A stretch of 64,000 nucleotides of DNA from assembly GCA_964252035.1 (NCBI GenBank), contig OZ176202.1; one strand, written 5' to 3'. The DNA is from Podarcis erhardii (lineage: Eukaryota). This document shows, piece after piece, positions 40,465-52,009 of this stretch. Position numbers and translations under genes: made by a program. How positions within the stretch are numbered: position 1 is the stretch's first letter; each line of letters begins with the position of its first letter. The notes beneath the pieces were generated by a model. That model searched no databases, had not been told where the DNA came from, and saw only the letters and a program-made list of their open reading frames with translations.

Positions 40465-40793
40465 TACTTAGCACTCACTGCAATGGCTAATACCTTGTCA
40501 TATAGTGAGAACAGATGAAATTTTGGGATTTGCTGGGGTGGAATTTTATACTCCTTAGCTTTCTGGTTTCATGTATATTCCTGGGCATACACCAGTTAGG
40601 CTGGAAGCAGATTAAAAAATAAATAAATTCCCCAGAGAGTTTGAAAGAAGGTCCATTGCTCATTCTGGAAAACAGACTGCAGGTTTCTGGCTTCTTTGAA
40701 AACCTGCAAAGTTTGTTTGAGCAGACCCTCATGCAACAAGAGTGGTGAAATAAATTAGAATCCATGGCCCTTTTTTTAAATAAAAAATACTTA

Positions 40794-41006
<213 letters not shown>

Positions 41007-43699
41007 TCAATCTCATTTGAACAAGGCTTAACAAGGGTCAGCCTAAAATAAGCAAAGGTGACAGTAGTACAATTTCTGGTGAAGACAGACCTGGTGCAGC
41101 TAGTGCCTTTTGTTACCATGAAACTTTCTCAGAATTCCCTATGGAAGTTTAGTGTTTGTTTGTTTGTTTGTTAAATCATTTTCTTAATTAACAAGGCAAA
41201 ACAACAACTTACTTACCCGAGTACATGCAGATTTTTTTAATAAAAAATATTAAGAGGTGGGCAGCCTGCTTGGAGCATGTGTGAGGGGGAAAACTGATGG
41301 AGAAACTAATGTTATGAGGTTTTTTTTTGGGGGGGGGTATGTATTGGTATGTGTAGGCTGTATGCCTGAGCCTCCTTCTAATTTCTGGATCCAGACTCAA
41401 TTCCTGGAGGAACCAGGCTAACTTCCTAATGAGGTAAGTATGGGTCATTAAGGTAACAAAGGAAGTGTCTCTGTACCAGATGAATAAGGGGTGACCCCCC
41501 CCTTCAACTCACTGGTAGTTAGAAAGACAAAGGGCAGAGTTGAGAGTTGAGTTATGTGAACTAGCAAGTAGAAGCAAGGCTGCAAGCAGGGCAGCTGGGG
41601 GACAGAACCATTCCTGATTTCTGTTGGAATACAAGGCTGTGGCTATGAGAGGAGCAAGACCATTTGAGGGGGTGTTAATTCTGTGAACCTCTACATGTAG
41701 TCTCAGGTTGAATATACATGTAAGTAAACCATATAACATAGAGACACCACATTCTCCACTGTCTCTCATTCCAAAAGAAACACAAGCCCTGAATAAGTGC
41801 GTGGAACCCCTGTAATCTCGCATTGCTCAGAGATTGGGGTGGTGTGCAACAGGAACACTGATAATAAACCTGTCATTCAAAATGCAAACCAAGGATGGAA
41901 GCCAGACTTAGTCCCTTGGCTAAGGGACCTCCTGCAAGTTCTCTCTTTACATTACACCTGCCTGCACCCTAAATCTGGTATGTTATCATTCATGATATTC
42001 TATAGTATAAATAGACTAATGGGAAATCAATTCACATTCATTTGTCAAAGGAAATTTGAAATTCAGTTGCATTTACGAAAGAGAGCACAGTAGCAGTGCA
42101 TCCTTATCTCTGCTGCTCTGGTGGTTTCTTTTTTGAGTATGTTGCTGTCTGCTGAGCTACGCAAAGGGTGGGTAAGTTCTGGTAAAATGACTGTTGTACT
42201 TATCAACAGCTGTGGAGTGCACTTGTGCAAGTAAACACCTGGTATGCTCAACCAGGGCAGTAAGTTAAAGAGGTGCAATTGCACCATTAAAGCTTTTTAT
42301 GACTCACATGTGTGCAGCAAGAAATGAAACCTGGGACTTTCTCCTCACACTGCAATTTAAAAAAGAGCTGGCCTGTGAGTGACAATGGCTTATAAGTCAC
42401 ATGTCCATAAGCAACACAATGACATGATTAAAATGTTGTAGTGCAAGAGAACAACCACTAGGTGGTTCCTGTAATTGTCATCCCTAGTTTGTCCCTCTGG
42501 GGGTTCCATAGAGGCTTCCTGTGTGAGCCAACAAGCAACCACAAGAAAACGCCACCTATCACTAGAAAATAAAGACTGCTCCTGTTACCAACTGCCTAAA
42601 TCTTATCTTTCCATAACCTTACAAAAACATATCATATGTTTAAAACACCCAGTGAAAAGATAATTAGCAGCAACAATAACCTGAGCAGCAGAAAAAAGAC
42701 AAAGGGATAATCAAGGCAATCTGAAAGACCTCCAAAAGAGAGCTACCATGGTCTGGCATCTAAAAGTTAGCAAGAAAACAAAGGCAAACGATGAAGTCCC
42801 ACAGTTTTGATGCACTTGCAGAGAAGGCTCTGGCTCATGTTGCCACCTACTGTGTTTCGGAAGGGGAGAACACACAAAAGCAGGGCCTCTGGAGGTGTCC
42901 ACAATAGGGCATTAAGGCTTATGTGGACTGCTGTTTCCATGTGCATGTACATATATACAATTTTATGCCTCCCAAATCTATCCTAATGTTTCCAATCCAA
43001 AATCCAAATTCAGTCTGTGCCACTTGAAGACTTAATGTAGACACCACCCAAAAAACAGAGACACAAACAGCTCCAAGTGCACATTAAAATTCAGTGTGGA
43101 CAAGCCCTCTGAGGAGGAGCCTGCACTTTGGTAGGTTTATGTGGGACCAGTCAATTCTTAAGCTAACCTGGGCCCAGACTATTTATCTAGGGTTTTAAAA
43201 GTCAAAAACGAAGATTTTAAATTGAATCCAGAAACCAAGTGGGAGCTATTTTGGAGAGCAATCTGGGCCAGGCAATGATGGACCGATGGAGTGGCATAGC
43301 CCCTACATTCACAGTCTTGTTCCACATGTCAGCCGGGGTAGTAGTCCAGCAGATCTTCAGCTGGCTCAGTCCCTCCATGGGGGGGGGGGGTTGTGGTGTG
43401 TTTATGCACTTTGCAGATCACCACTCTTTTATTCCACACTTTTCAATGCACTCCTCACTCGCTTTCCAATTCGCAAAAAAAAGGTCTGTTTCTTTTTAAA
43501 AGAGGATTTGTTGCACTAGGCCGAGTGTGTGCTTTAATCCACTTTAACTGCACAAATCCATCCCACAGAATATTGAGAGGTATGGAGGCATCCTAAAAAC
43601 ACATACATGCAATCATTAGTTTAAAATAAAGCCCACCATTTATTCTTTTTTTGGTGGGGGGAGCAATCAACATGGGCACTGTCCCCCCCCCCCTTCTTT

Positions 43700-44950
43700 T
43701 CACTTCGCTTCAATTACGCCAAGACCCCTTTTCTTGCAAGTTCACTTCTCTGAAGAGCCTCGATCGCTTCGCTCTCCAGCCCTTTCACCCTCCTCTGGTC
43801 CAGCAGGTGGAGCGCCAGCTAAAGCTTCCCACTCCACTCGGGCTACGGGAGCCCATCTTGCTCTTTCGGGGAAGCCTCGGCTGCAGGAGGAGGGCCATAG
43901 CTCAGCGTGCAGCCAATCCGCGCCAGCCCTGCCAGTTAACAGAGCAGAATGGGCTGTAGTTTAGTGTAACAGGAAAGCTGCAAAACAGTGTGGAGTGCTC
44001 TCGGTGCAACATTAAAAAAGAGAGAGGAAAACAAGAAAGGGGAAGACGGAGAAGGGCGAGTTTTTGGGTGGTGCTTTTTTTTTTTTTTTTTTTTTTAAGC
44101 AACCCAAACCTCCAAGTTTCCTAACTCTCAGCGTGCTCGCTTGCCGGCGCTGGGGTTCGCGCCCTGCAAAAGGGGAGCCCCCTGGACTTTTCTTGGGCTG
44201 CGGTAACACGCCGCGACTATTGTTTGCGGGTCTCCCCTCCCCCCCTCCCCGAAATATGGCAAAGGTTCAGGTGAACAACGTCGTGGTGCTGGACAACCCT
44301 TCTCCTTTCTACAACCCTTTCCAGTTCGAGATCACGTTCGAGTGCATCGAGGACCTGTCCGAAGGTGAGTTTGCCCGGGGTGGATTTTTCGCCCCCTCGG
44401 CGCTGGCCAAGCCCTTTCGGGCTTTCCCCCTTCCCAGGCTTAAAGTTTGCAAAGGCCTCGCTGCTGCTCCCTCTCCTCCTCCACCACCACCTCTGCATCT
44501 GGCATGACGGAAGGACGGTGGGCTTTGCAGCCGCCGCCGCCGCCGCCGCCTCCTTCTCTCCCACCCAACCCGGCAGCGCCCGCCCGGTGCGCCCAGCTTC
44601 TCCGGTCTTCCGCTCGCGAGGAAGGGAAGCCTTTAAGTTGCAAGGAACTTGTTTGAGCGCTGGGAGCAGCCATGTTGCCAGCATTGTGCTGCTGCTGTGT
44701 GTTGGCGGGGGCGGCGGGGCGCGTTCGCGAGAGGAGGAGGGCTCAACGGAAACACCTCGCACGCTTCGGGTTTTGGTGGGGGGAGGCGAGCCGGGAGAGG
44801 CTGAACTACCCAGTGCAAAGGAACCACAGGGGTGCTACAGATGGGCGGGGGGGGGGGCGGCGGCGGCGCTGAGAACACCTGCAAGTTAAGCGGTTTCCAC
44901 TCATCCGCTTTTAGTGCTCGCACGAAGGGGTGTGTGTGACATGTTTAAAA
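43700..44950. promoter_or_regulatory. CpG island, ASF1A promoter plus exon 1 and intron 1; AGCCAATC CCAAT box at 43911-43918; T22 tract at 44075-44096; (GCC)n at ~44531-44550; E2F-like TTGGCGGG at 44702-44709
   Basis: High CpG density surrounding the ASF1A start codon; motifs read directly. Confidence 0.88.
44256..44364 (+). CDS. ASF1A: ASF1A coding exon 1
   Basis: AAATATGG start context; donor GAAG|gtgagt; 109 nt. Confidence 0.97.
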
Positions 44951-45684
44951 CGCTTTAGGAAAAAAAACAGAATTTTAACGATGCCTTTTTTAAAAAAAGT
45001 GTTAAATGGCCTTAAAAGTACTTCTGGTACTACTTTACGTTTGCATAACTTTTTAATTGTGACACCCCTTTCAGACGGAAGTTCGCTTTGGGGAACGCCC
45101 TGGAGGTTTGTAGTGGGTGTTTTGTTTTTCGTCTGGATAGCCTAACAAGCCTCTCTTCGGACCTCCACCCTTGCCCCCTCCCGGGGTAGTGAGGTCAGCA
45201 ACACTTTCCCTACTAGAGGTAGCTAGCAACTTCTGCCGCCACCCTTCAGAAACGTCTTTGCCCTAGGCGGGCAGGAAGAATACCAGAACTTGCTATCCTA
45301 ACCTACTGTCTAGTGAAGTCCTGTTGAATTCAGCAGGGTTTACTCCCAAGTAACAGGTTAGGGTCTACAGCCTCAACTACTAAATATTACGAAGTCATGC
45401 AGTAATTGAGCAGAATGCTACAGTTGTCTAGAACAACACTTAAAAGTGCTAGTATCAACAAACCTCTTCAAAACAAATTTTCAGTATTGTAAAACATTTC
45501 CTTGGATGTAAATACTAATTATTTTCAGCCAGCCCTGCTGGTTTTCAATATTTGCTTTCAAATAAATGTAAAAATCATCGAGTTAATATCAACTGGCTTT
45601 ACTAATGTTAAGAGGCTACAATTTTTATGTGTTTTATTTTAGGTAAAGCAAGAGTACTAAAAGGTTTTTCTTCTTCTAATGTAG

Positions 45685-45800
45685 ATTTGGAATGGAAAAT
45701 TATCTATGTGGGCTCCGCAGAAAGCGAGGAGTATGATCAAGTTCTAGATTCAGTTTTGGTGGGCCCTGTTCCTGCAGGAAGACACATGTTTGTATTTCAG
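45685..45800 (+). CDS. ASF1A: ASF1A coding exon 2 ([39 protein letters not shown]), ending at a GC donor
   Basis: Acceptor ttttcttcttctaatgtag|AT; donor CAG|gcaagt; 116 nt, which restores phase 0. Confidence 0.96.
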
Positions 45801-47504
45801 GCAAGTCTGCTTTTAAACTTTAAGGAAATTCTAAAACATTGTGTGTGTTTATGTTCAGATGGCTACTTTTGCGGCAAGCAGTCACAAATTACATGTGACT
45901 GAAGTTCAGCACTGCCCTTTGCTTTAAAAGGGTAGCAAATCTAATGTTTAACCCAGCTCTTCCTCTGGGTGCTGATTTTTAACCAAAAACATGGGGACAT
46001 ACATACCCAAGCATGTGAGCAAGCATCATAAACAGTAAGTTGGCTCTGCTCTAGAAGAGAGAGAGAGTTGCTACAGAAAAATCTGTTCTGGGAAAAAAGG
46101 GAGGGAGGGAAATACTGTATATGGGGTAAAATTTTTAATTTCAGTAAGATTTTACTTTTTTAGTGTTTTAGAGGAACGATTTTTCATGCATTTTTCATGA
46201 ATACAGTAACATAAGCTATGTAATATCGTGGGTAATATTTTGGCCATCAGACTTGCAACTGCTCACACTGAGTATGAGTTAGATACTTTTCAGGGGAGGC
46301 TGTGTGTCTTCCTGCTTTCTGACATGCAAGTGGTGGGGTGTGCAGAATACAGATTTCTTTGTAAATGTGCCTGGGCTCTGGAATTTACAACCCTAGGGGG
46401 CCCATCTAGCCCAGTCACCAAATCATCAAGAGGGCTGTAAAGGAATGTCATTTTTGTAGACGGCTTTTAACATTATCTGAACCCATGAGTTAATGGTTAT
46501 ATGTTGCTTCTGGTCACCTCCTTAATTGGCGGCAATATAGATGCATACATAAAATTTGTCAGCCTCATTGGGACCTCTGTGGGGCCAAAAATCTGCACAG
46601 AAATATTAAGAGCACACAATGCTTTTTGGGCGGAGTGTTCTTCAGGAAAGGGGGAAACAAGTGCGTTTAGAGGCCACTGAACACTGTGTGACTTGCAATT
46701 GTGGCACAGATTGCACTTGCTAAGCTAATACACTCTAGTTCTGTGCATCTCTCTGCAAGGGGATTATTACACAGTCACGTAGTTGCATTTGTATGTAGCT
46801 GGTTTTAACCATGATGTGTTCAAGAAGCCAATGTTTTGTTTCTCCAAAGTTTGGTTTGTTACCCAGTGGCTCTTGCCTTGTGCCTCTGTAGCTTGGTGTG
46901 TGTCTAGTCTGAAGCTACTAAGCAGAGCATGGTTAGGTAAGGCTGCTATGTTCAGACATGACAAACCATAGTTAAAACAAGCTGTGGTTTGTACGCCAAC
47001 AACAAACTGGCCTCACATAATGATTTGTTGCCAGGAAAAAAATGATTAGTCCGCTGGGCAGGGTTCAGATATTCAAATGAACCATGGTTTAACATTATGT
47101 GCAGACGAGGTATGTGTGTGCTTATGTAAATAGCTGGGTGAATCCACACAGCTAAAAGCTGTGATGTTTGCTCTTTTGGGTAAAAAATTAAGACAGATTG
47201 GGTACAACCTGGTTTGTTTTACTAAAGGAAGTCCACCAACAAAAAAAATCTAGTAACAAGTTAAAAGACCTCACAAAAAATAAAATGAGCTTGGAATCCA
47301 TATCAAGGAGCTGAAACAATTACAGGATGGTCCTTGACTGAAAACCTGAAGTTTTTGAAGATTAGAACTTTTGTGCTTCTTAGTTCAATCAGCATCAATA
47401 AGTACTGTGCCAAATCTCTTTATATTGTGAGCATAGTGGTTTCCTTAACAAACAAAAAAAGTGGGGGAACATTGGTCAATCTTGTGTTTTGTTTTTTGCT
47501 GCAG

Positions 47505-47681
47505 GCAGATGCTCCTAATCCAGGACTAATTCCTGATGCAGATGCTGTAGGAGTCACAGTTGTGTTAATCACCTGCACCTACAGAGGTCAAGAATTTATT
47601 AGAGTTGGCTATTATGTGAACAATGAATATACTGAAACAGAATTGAGAGAAAATCCTCCGGTAAAGCCAGATTTTTCTAAG
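47505..47681 (+). CDS. ASF1A: ASF1A coding exon 3 (ADAPNPGLIPDADAVGVTVVLITCTYRGQEFIRVGYYVNNEY...KPDFSK)
   Basis: Acceptor ttttttgctgcag|GCA; donor AAG|gtagga; 177 nt. Confidence 0.97.
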
Positions 47682-47867
47682 GTAGGAGTTATTATGCTTT
47701 GCTTATCTATTAAAATACTCATTGCATAGAATTAAAATGCTAAGAAATAAATCAGCAAGTCAAATTTTAAAAAGAGCTTTGTCCCGAATTTGTTCTAAGA
47801 CTGCTTCAGAAGTCAAGAGTGTCTGATGCAACTCCAAAATGTTGATGTGAATGTCCTTGTTTTGCAG

Positions 47868-48080
47868 CTCCAGAGGAATATTTTGGCATCTAACCCCAGG
47901 GTCACAAGATTCCACATTAATTGGGAGGACAACACTGAAAAACTGACAGATGCAGAGAGCAGCAACCCAAACCTTCAGTCACTCCTTTCTACAGATGCAC
48001 TGCCTTCTGCTTCAAAAGGATGGTCAACATCAGAAAATTCACTAAATGTTATGTTAGAATCTCATATGGACTGCATGTGA
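47868..48080 (+). CDS. ASF1A: ASF1A coding exon 4 (LQRNILASNPRVTRFHINW...HMDCM*)
   Basis: Acceptor ccttgttttgcag|CTC; 213 nt to TGA. Confidence 0.97.
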   Translation, partial: LQRNILASNPRVTRFHINWEDNTEKLTDAESSNPNLQSLLSTDALPSASKGWSTSENSLNVMLESHMDCM

Positions 48081-48268
48081 CCCGACTTAACTTTCAGCGC
48101 TATGTATGTGTTAGGATGTAGACAGACAGCACAGACACACACACACACACACACCATCACCAGAAACGATTTCCCGGGAATTGCATATTCAACATGTGAA
48201 GAATTTGTTTTAAAATCCCCACATTCTGTAGAAAGTTTATAAGGAAAAAGTATTTGAGTGGATGTATA

Positions 48269-48274
48269 AATAAA
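48269..48274 (+). terminator. Candidate proximal ASF1A polyadenylation signal AATAAA
   Basis: AATAAA ~190 nt after the stop codon, followed by U-rich sequence; a distal site is possible. Confidence 0.5.
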
Positions 48275-48398
48275 AATTATTTTTAAGTAATTCTGAGGGT
48301 TTGCTTAGGCCACACTAAGCATGTTATTAAAACATTTATTTATTTTTCCTCCCCTGCAGGCTGGGTGGGGGTTGAGGGAAATACAGGAAGTTAGATAT

Positions 48399-48527
48399 CT
48401 CATAGAATAGTTGGAAAGTACCCTGAGGATCATCTAGTCCTGAAATGCAGGAATATGCAACTGTCCCTTACGGGGATCGAACCTGCAACCTTGGCGTTGT
48501 CAGCACCACGCTCTAACCAACTGAGCT
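48399..48527 (-). mobile_element. SINE with a tRNA-Ile-like head and a CR1-like tail, just 3' of the ASF1A stop region
   Basis: Reverse complement AGCTCAGTTGGTTAGAGCGTGGTGCTGACAACGCCAAGGTTGCAGGTTCGATCCCCGTAAGGG, followed by ...ggactagatgatcctcagggtactttccaactattctatg. Confidence 0.85.
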
Positions 48528-49188
48528 GAAGAAGTTAAATATACTACTTGTTCAGTACATATGCAAGACTATTCTAAACAGCCTCTGTTTGGAAAGCAGG
48601 AAGCATAGCATAAACCGCAGCTGCCTTTTCAAGGCACATATGACTTTTAACAATACAATTTAGTCCAGCATCAAAACATTTGTGTGGAATACTATTGTGC
48701 GTGTACTGTGGGGGTCCCCCCCCTTCTCACATACGCTGTTCGTGGCATGCCATGCAGTGTTACCACAGAAAGAAATACAGGACTAAAATGTTTGTGCTGG
48801 CCTAGATGCATGGACACTAAACTCAAATCCTCCACCGCACCAAAATAATAGTATGTGCATTACAGTAGTCCTCATCAAGCAGTCAGGCTTATGTATAAGT
48901 TGTGACTTAAAAGATTTATCAGCCTGCCAGCCACATACTTGGTCTGAGACAGGGTCTTACGCTTTGTAGACCTCCCACACACTGGCCCATTGCATGAAAC
49001 ATGATAAATAGAATTTAAAGCAACAGAAACTGAAGGTGCCTGGGACAGCATCAGGAAGCCTCTATATGCACACAGTATCATTATTTTATATTTGATGCTA
49101 TATAGTGTGGGAAGGAAGGGGAACTGAGTTCCTAGGCCAAACAAGATCTTAAATGTCTCATTGGGAGATAAAAGTGTATTCTTTTAAA

Positions 49189-49518
49189 AAAGGTAAAGGG
49201 ACCCCTAACCGTTAGGTCTAGTCATGGATGACTATGGGGTTGCGGCGCTCATCTCGCTTTACTGGCCGAGGGAGCCGGCGTACAGCCGGTCATGTGACCA
49301 GCATGACTAAGCTGCTTCTGGCGAACCAGAGCAGCACATGGAAATGTTGTTTACTTTCCTGCCGGAGCGGTACCTATTTATCTACTTGCACTTCATGCTT
49401 TCGAACTGCTAGGTTGGCAGGAGCAGAGACCGAGCAATGGGAGCTCACCCTGTCTGCCAACCTTCTGATCGGCAAGCCCTAGGCTCTGTGGTTTAACCCA
49501 CAGTGCCACCCATGTCCC
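49189..49518 (-). mobile_element. Sauria SINE, near full length with internal deletions
   Basis: Both ends present (aaggtaaagggacccct ... ccacccatgtccc); flanks share tattctt as a possible target duplication. Confidence 0.92.
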
Positions 49519-49779
49519 ATATTCTTCTTAGGTCCTCCCAAAGAGAAAACACAACTGGGCCGAAATATTAGAAAAGTTTCACTGTGACAGATGACATTTA
49601 TTCCAGTTCTGCCCAACTGGCAATGGCCTCCTAGGTTCCTTACACAGCCCTGCTCCATGACATAATACTAGATAGACACCCCGGGTTCATCCAGTGCAGT
49701 TGAACTTCAGGAGGTACGGGACAGACAAAAGGAAGTATTGTAAAATATAAACTCTGGGGTTTGCTACAACAGGGTGTGA

Positions 49780-50010
49780 AAATATGGTCCCCAAGCTCGA
49801 TGGCTTAAAAGGGACTGGATTGAAAATTGAGGATAAAGGCTATGTGGCAATAAGGTTGAGTACCAGCAGATGGGAAACTGGAAGAAACCTACTGACTTCA
49901 TGTCCTGCTTGTGAGCTTAACCATAGCTATTTGCCCACTGTGGGAACAGAATGCTGGACTAAATGGACCCTCAGTCTGATCTAGCAGAACTACTCTTACG
50001 TTCTGAAGAG
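49780..50010 (+). mobile_element. CR1-type LINE 3' end
   Basis: gatggcttaaaagggactggat...cactgtgggaacagaatgctggactaaatggaccc...gtctgatctagcag...ctcttacgttct. Confidence 0.7.
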
Positions 50011-50354
50011 TCCTTTAAAATTAAGAGCTTGCAGATTAAAGTTAGGGCATTCTGTGTGCAAAGCACATGTTCTATCGAGCCTTCTGGGAATAAAAAGATT
50101 ATGTTTTGTCATGTATAGATACATCAACATCTTGAGGTAGGACTCAAAACACAAGTCCTGTTTCCTACAGAGTGCTTTTTCCTCAGTGCACTATTACCAA
50201 GAGTTATATTGCATTTGAATAAAAAAAAATCCACTCCTTCATTACAACCTAAAGATGTAGATACTTTCAGAAGGTAATTGTCAACTGCCTCCTCCCCCAA
50301 TATAAACAAAAATTCCAACCGCAGTTGATTGTGCATTTGGATGTCTCATTTTAC

Positions 50355-50474
50355 CTGCGCTTGTGGATCCAATTCCTGCTGTAAGTACAGAACGCGGAGT
50401 AATCTTTACTGCGTATTTCAGAAACTGAGACTTCCCTGTTCCAGGGTCTCCAACCAATAAAAGATGTGATTCAC
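50355..50474 (-). CDS. MCM9: MCM9 coding exon 6, Walker A ([20 protein letters not shown]...GSTSA-G)
   Basis: Acceptor tttctttccctgcaag|GT (AAG), donor GCAG|gtaaaa; 120 nt. Confidence 0.96.
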
Positions 50475-50789
50475 CTTGCAGGGAAAGAAACACACAAGTG
50501 TTTGCTAAAGCAGCTTTTTAGATTAAAGTAATTATTTGGTGCAAGGCCAGAGAAATAATGAAACAGCAGAAATATAATGCCACCATGTCAACCAATCTTT
50601 AAAATAAAAAGCCTTACATTTATCCTGCTTTCCATGAAAAGATAGCCACAAAGTGGCAGTTTTATCGTATGTACTTGAATGTATGTACACTCAAGAAACA
50701 GAAGAATCTCACCCACCTGCCCTGTGCGCTCCATCTGCTCTGATCCCTGAACCAGACATGCCCACATGTATTGAATACTACCTGCATAG

Positions 50790-50975
50790 CCCAACCCTGA
50801 TACTGAACCCTGGATACCAGGATTCAGATTACCACTCAGTCATGAAGATCACTGGGTTACCTTGGGCCAGTTGCAGGATCTCAGCCTAACCAACCTCACA
50901 GGTATTGGCAAAATAAAATCAAAGTGCACCACCCTGAGCTCCTTGTAGGAAAGAGTGGGATATAACTATAATAAT
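50790..50975 (+). mobile_element. Old MIR/Squam3-like CORE SINE
   Basis: gggttaccttgggccagtt...ctcagcctaaccaacctcacagg...caccctgagctccttg...gggatataa. Confidence 0.7.
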
Positions 50976-52009
50976 ATATTTTTTTAAAAAATGTAGCCCC
51001 CAACTTTGCTAAGAAAGGATCATGTGCTGAAAGTTTTATGGAAACATCCTAGACACTAATTTCCGTATTTTTTGTCCTAATTACGATTATGCTTTTATTT
51101 TATTTTTGCTTAGCTACAAAAATGATCATTCACCTCAATTCATCTCATATGATCTCAGGAGGAAAATGTGAAATATTTAATGTCTTAACAAACATTAGTA
51201 GTAGGATTATGATTAAGCATTAGTGGGGTTTTCCCATCCTTTCAATAGTATGCAAAGCTCATCATGAGGTAACTTGCATTTCTAAATGGGGAGGGAATGA
51301 TCTGACAAAAATGGCCATTACTCAGGAATATTCCACTATAGTTTAGAGATAATGTTTAGTGCAGGAAAATTGTACTTAATAGCCCTCTACAGAAATGACA
51401 TTAATGCTTTGAAGGTGGCATTTAAATTTTGCTCTGGTGACCTATGGCATATATGCACACATTAAAAAACCTCTTAGGATTATATCCAGCTACGCAAGTG
51501 GTGACATTTACTGCCCAGCACACAGCACTTCTGCCCCTCCACACTAGGAAAAGCAGTTTGCCGAAAATTCTACAGTAACAGATCTAAGAAAAAATAACAG
51601 GCAAGTATGGAAAGAAAAGACTGGAATCAAATTATTTGAAGTTACAGGCTGTCAAAACATACTGGCCTTGCTCCCATGTCACTTCAAACCACGGTTAACT
51701 ATCGTTTAAAGATGAACACAAAGCATGCTGGTGCATAGGGCTAAAATTGCAGCTGCTTTGCTGCTACTTCTGTGTTGTCGGCAGCAAAGCCATGGTTTCA
51801 CTAAGCATCATGTCCAAACCCAGACTCATGATTTGTTTCTCCACAAACCACCATGAGTGGTAAGCCACAAAGAAACCTTGGTTGTAGCTCATGGTTTATT
51901 TTGAGAGCAACAAAACGAGTCTGAGTTTAGATGCAACATGCAACAACAGAAGGGGTGGAAGAGCAAGGTACCCGCAATTTTAGCCTAATGCACTTTAACT
52001 ATGGTTTAG

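Larger units (their letters stand above)
44256..48080 (+). other. ASF1A: ASF1A gene, complete spliced CDS (histone H3-H4 chaperone): join of 44256-44364, 45685-45800, 47505-47681, 47868-48080 = 615 nt, 204 aa; nested antisense in the MCM9 intron 50354-40970
   Basis: Begins MAKVQVNNVVVLDNPSPFYNPFQFEITFECIEDL. The C-terminal tail ...SSNPNLQSLLSTDALPSASKGWSTSENSLNVMLESHMDCM is ASF1A-type rather than ASF1B-type. Confidence 0.98.

Noticed and set aside
43949-43969. Possible uORF (MGCSLV*) upstream of ASF1A
   Set aside because: It lies only ~30 nt downstream of the CCAAT box, so probably upstream of the transcription start; unsupported without TSS data.
44064-44255. In-frame upstream extension of ASF1A suggested by the ORF track (MGGAFFFFFFF...)
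   Set aside because: It starts at GTG and runs through a poly-T tract. The ATG at 44256 has good context and gives the standard MAKVQV N-terminus.
44217-44923. Several overlapping 66-181 aa ORFs on both strands in the ASF1A island
   Set aside because: Low-complexity Ala/Pro/Gly/Arg translations are expected from stop-poor GC-rich DNA; no recognisable domain.
48460-48527. Apparent tRNA gene (anticodon GAC, Ile/Val-like)
   Set aside because: The 5' acceptor-stem strand is missing, and the head continues into a CR1-like tail shared with other copies, so it is a SINE.
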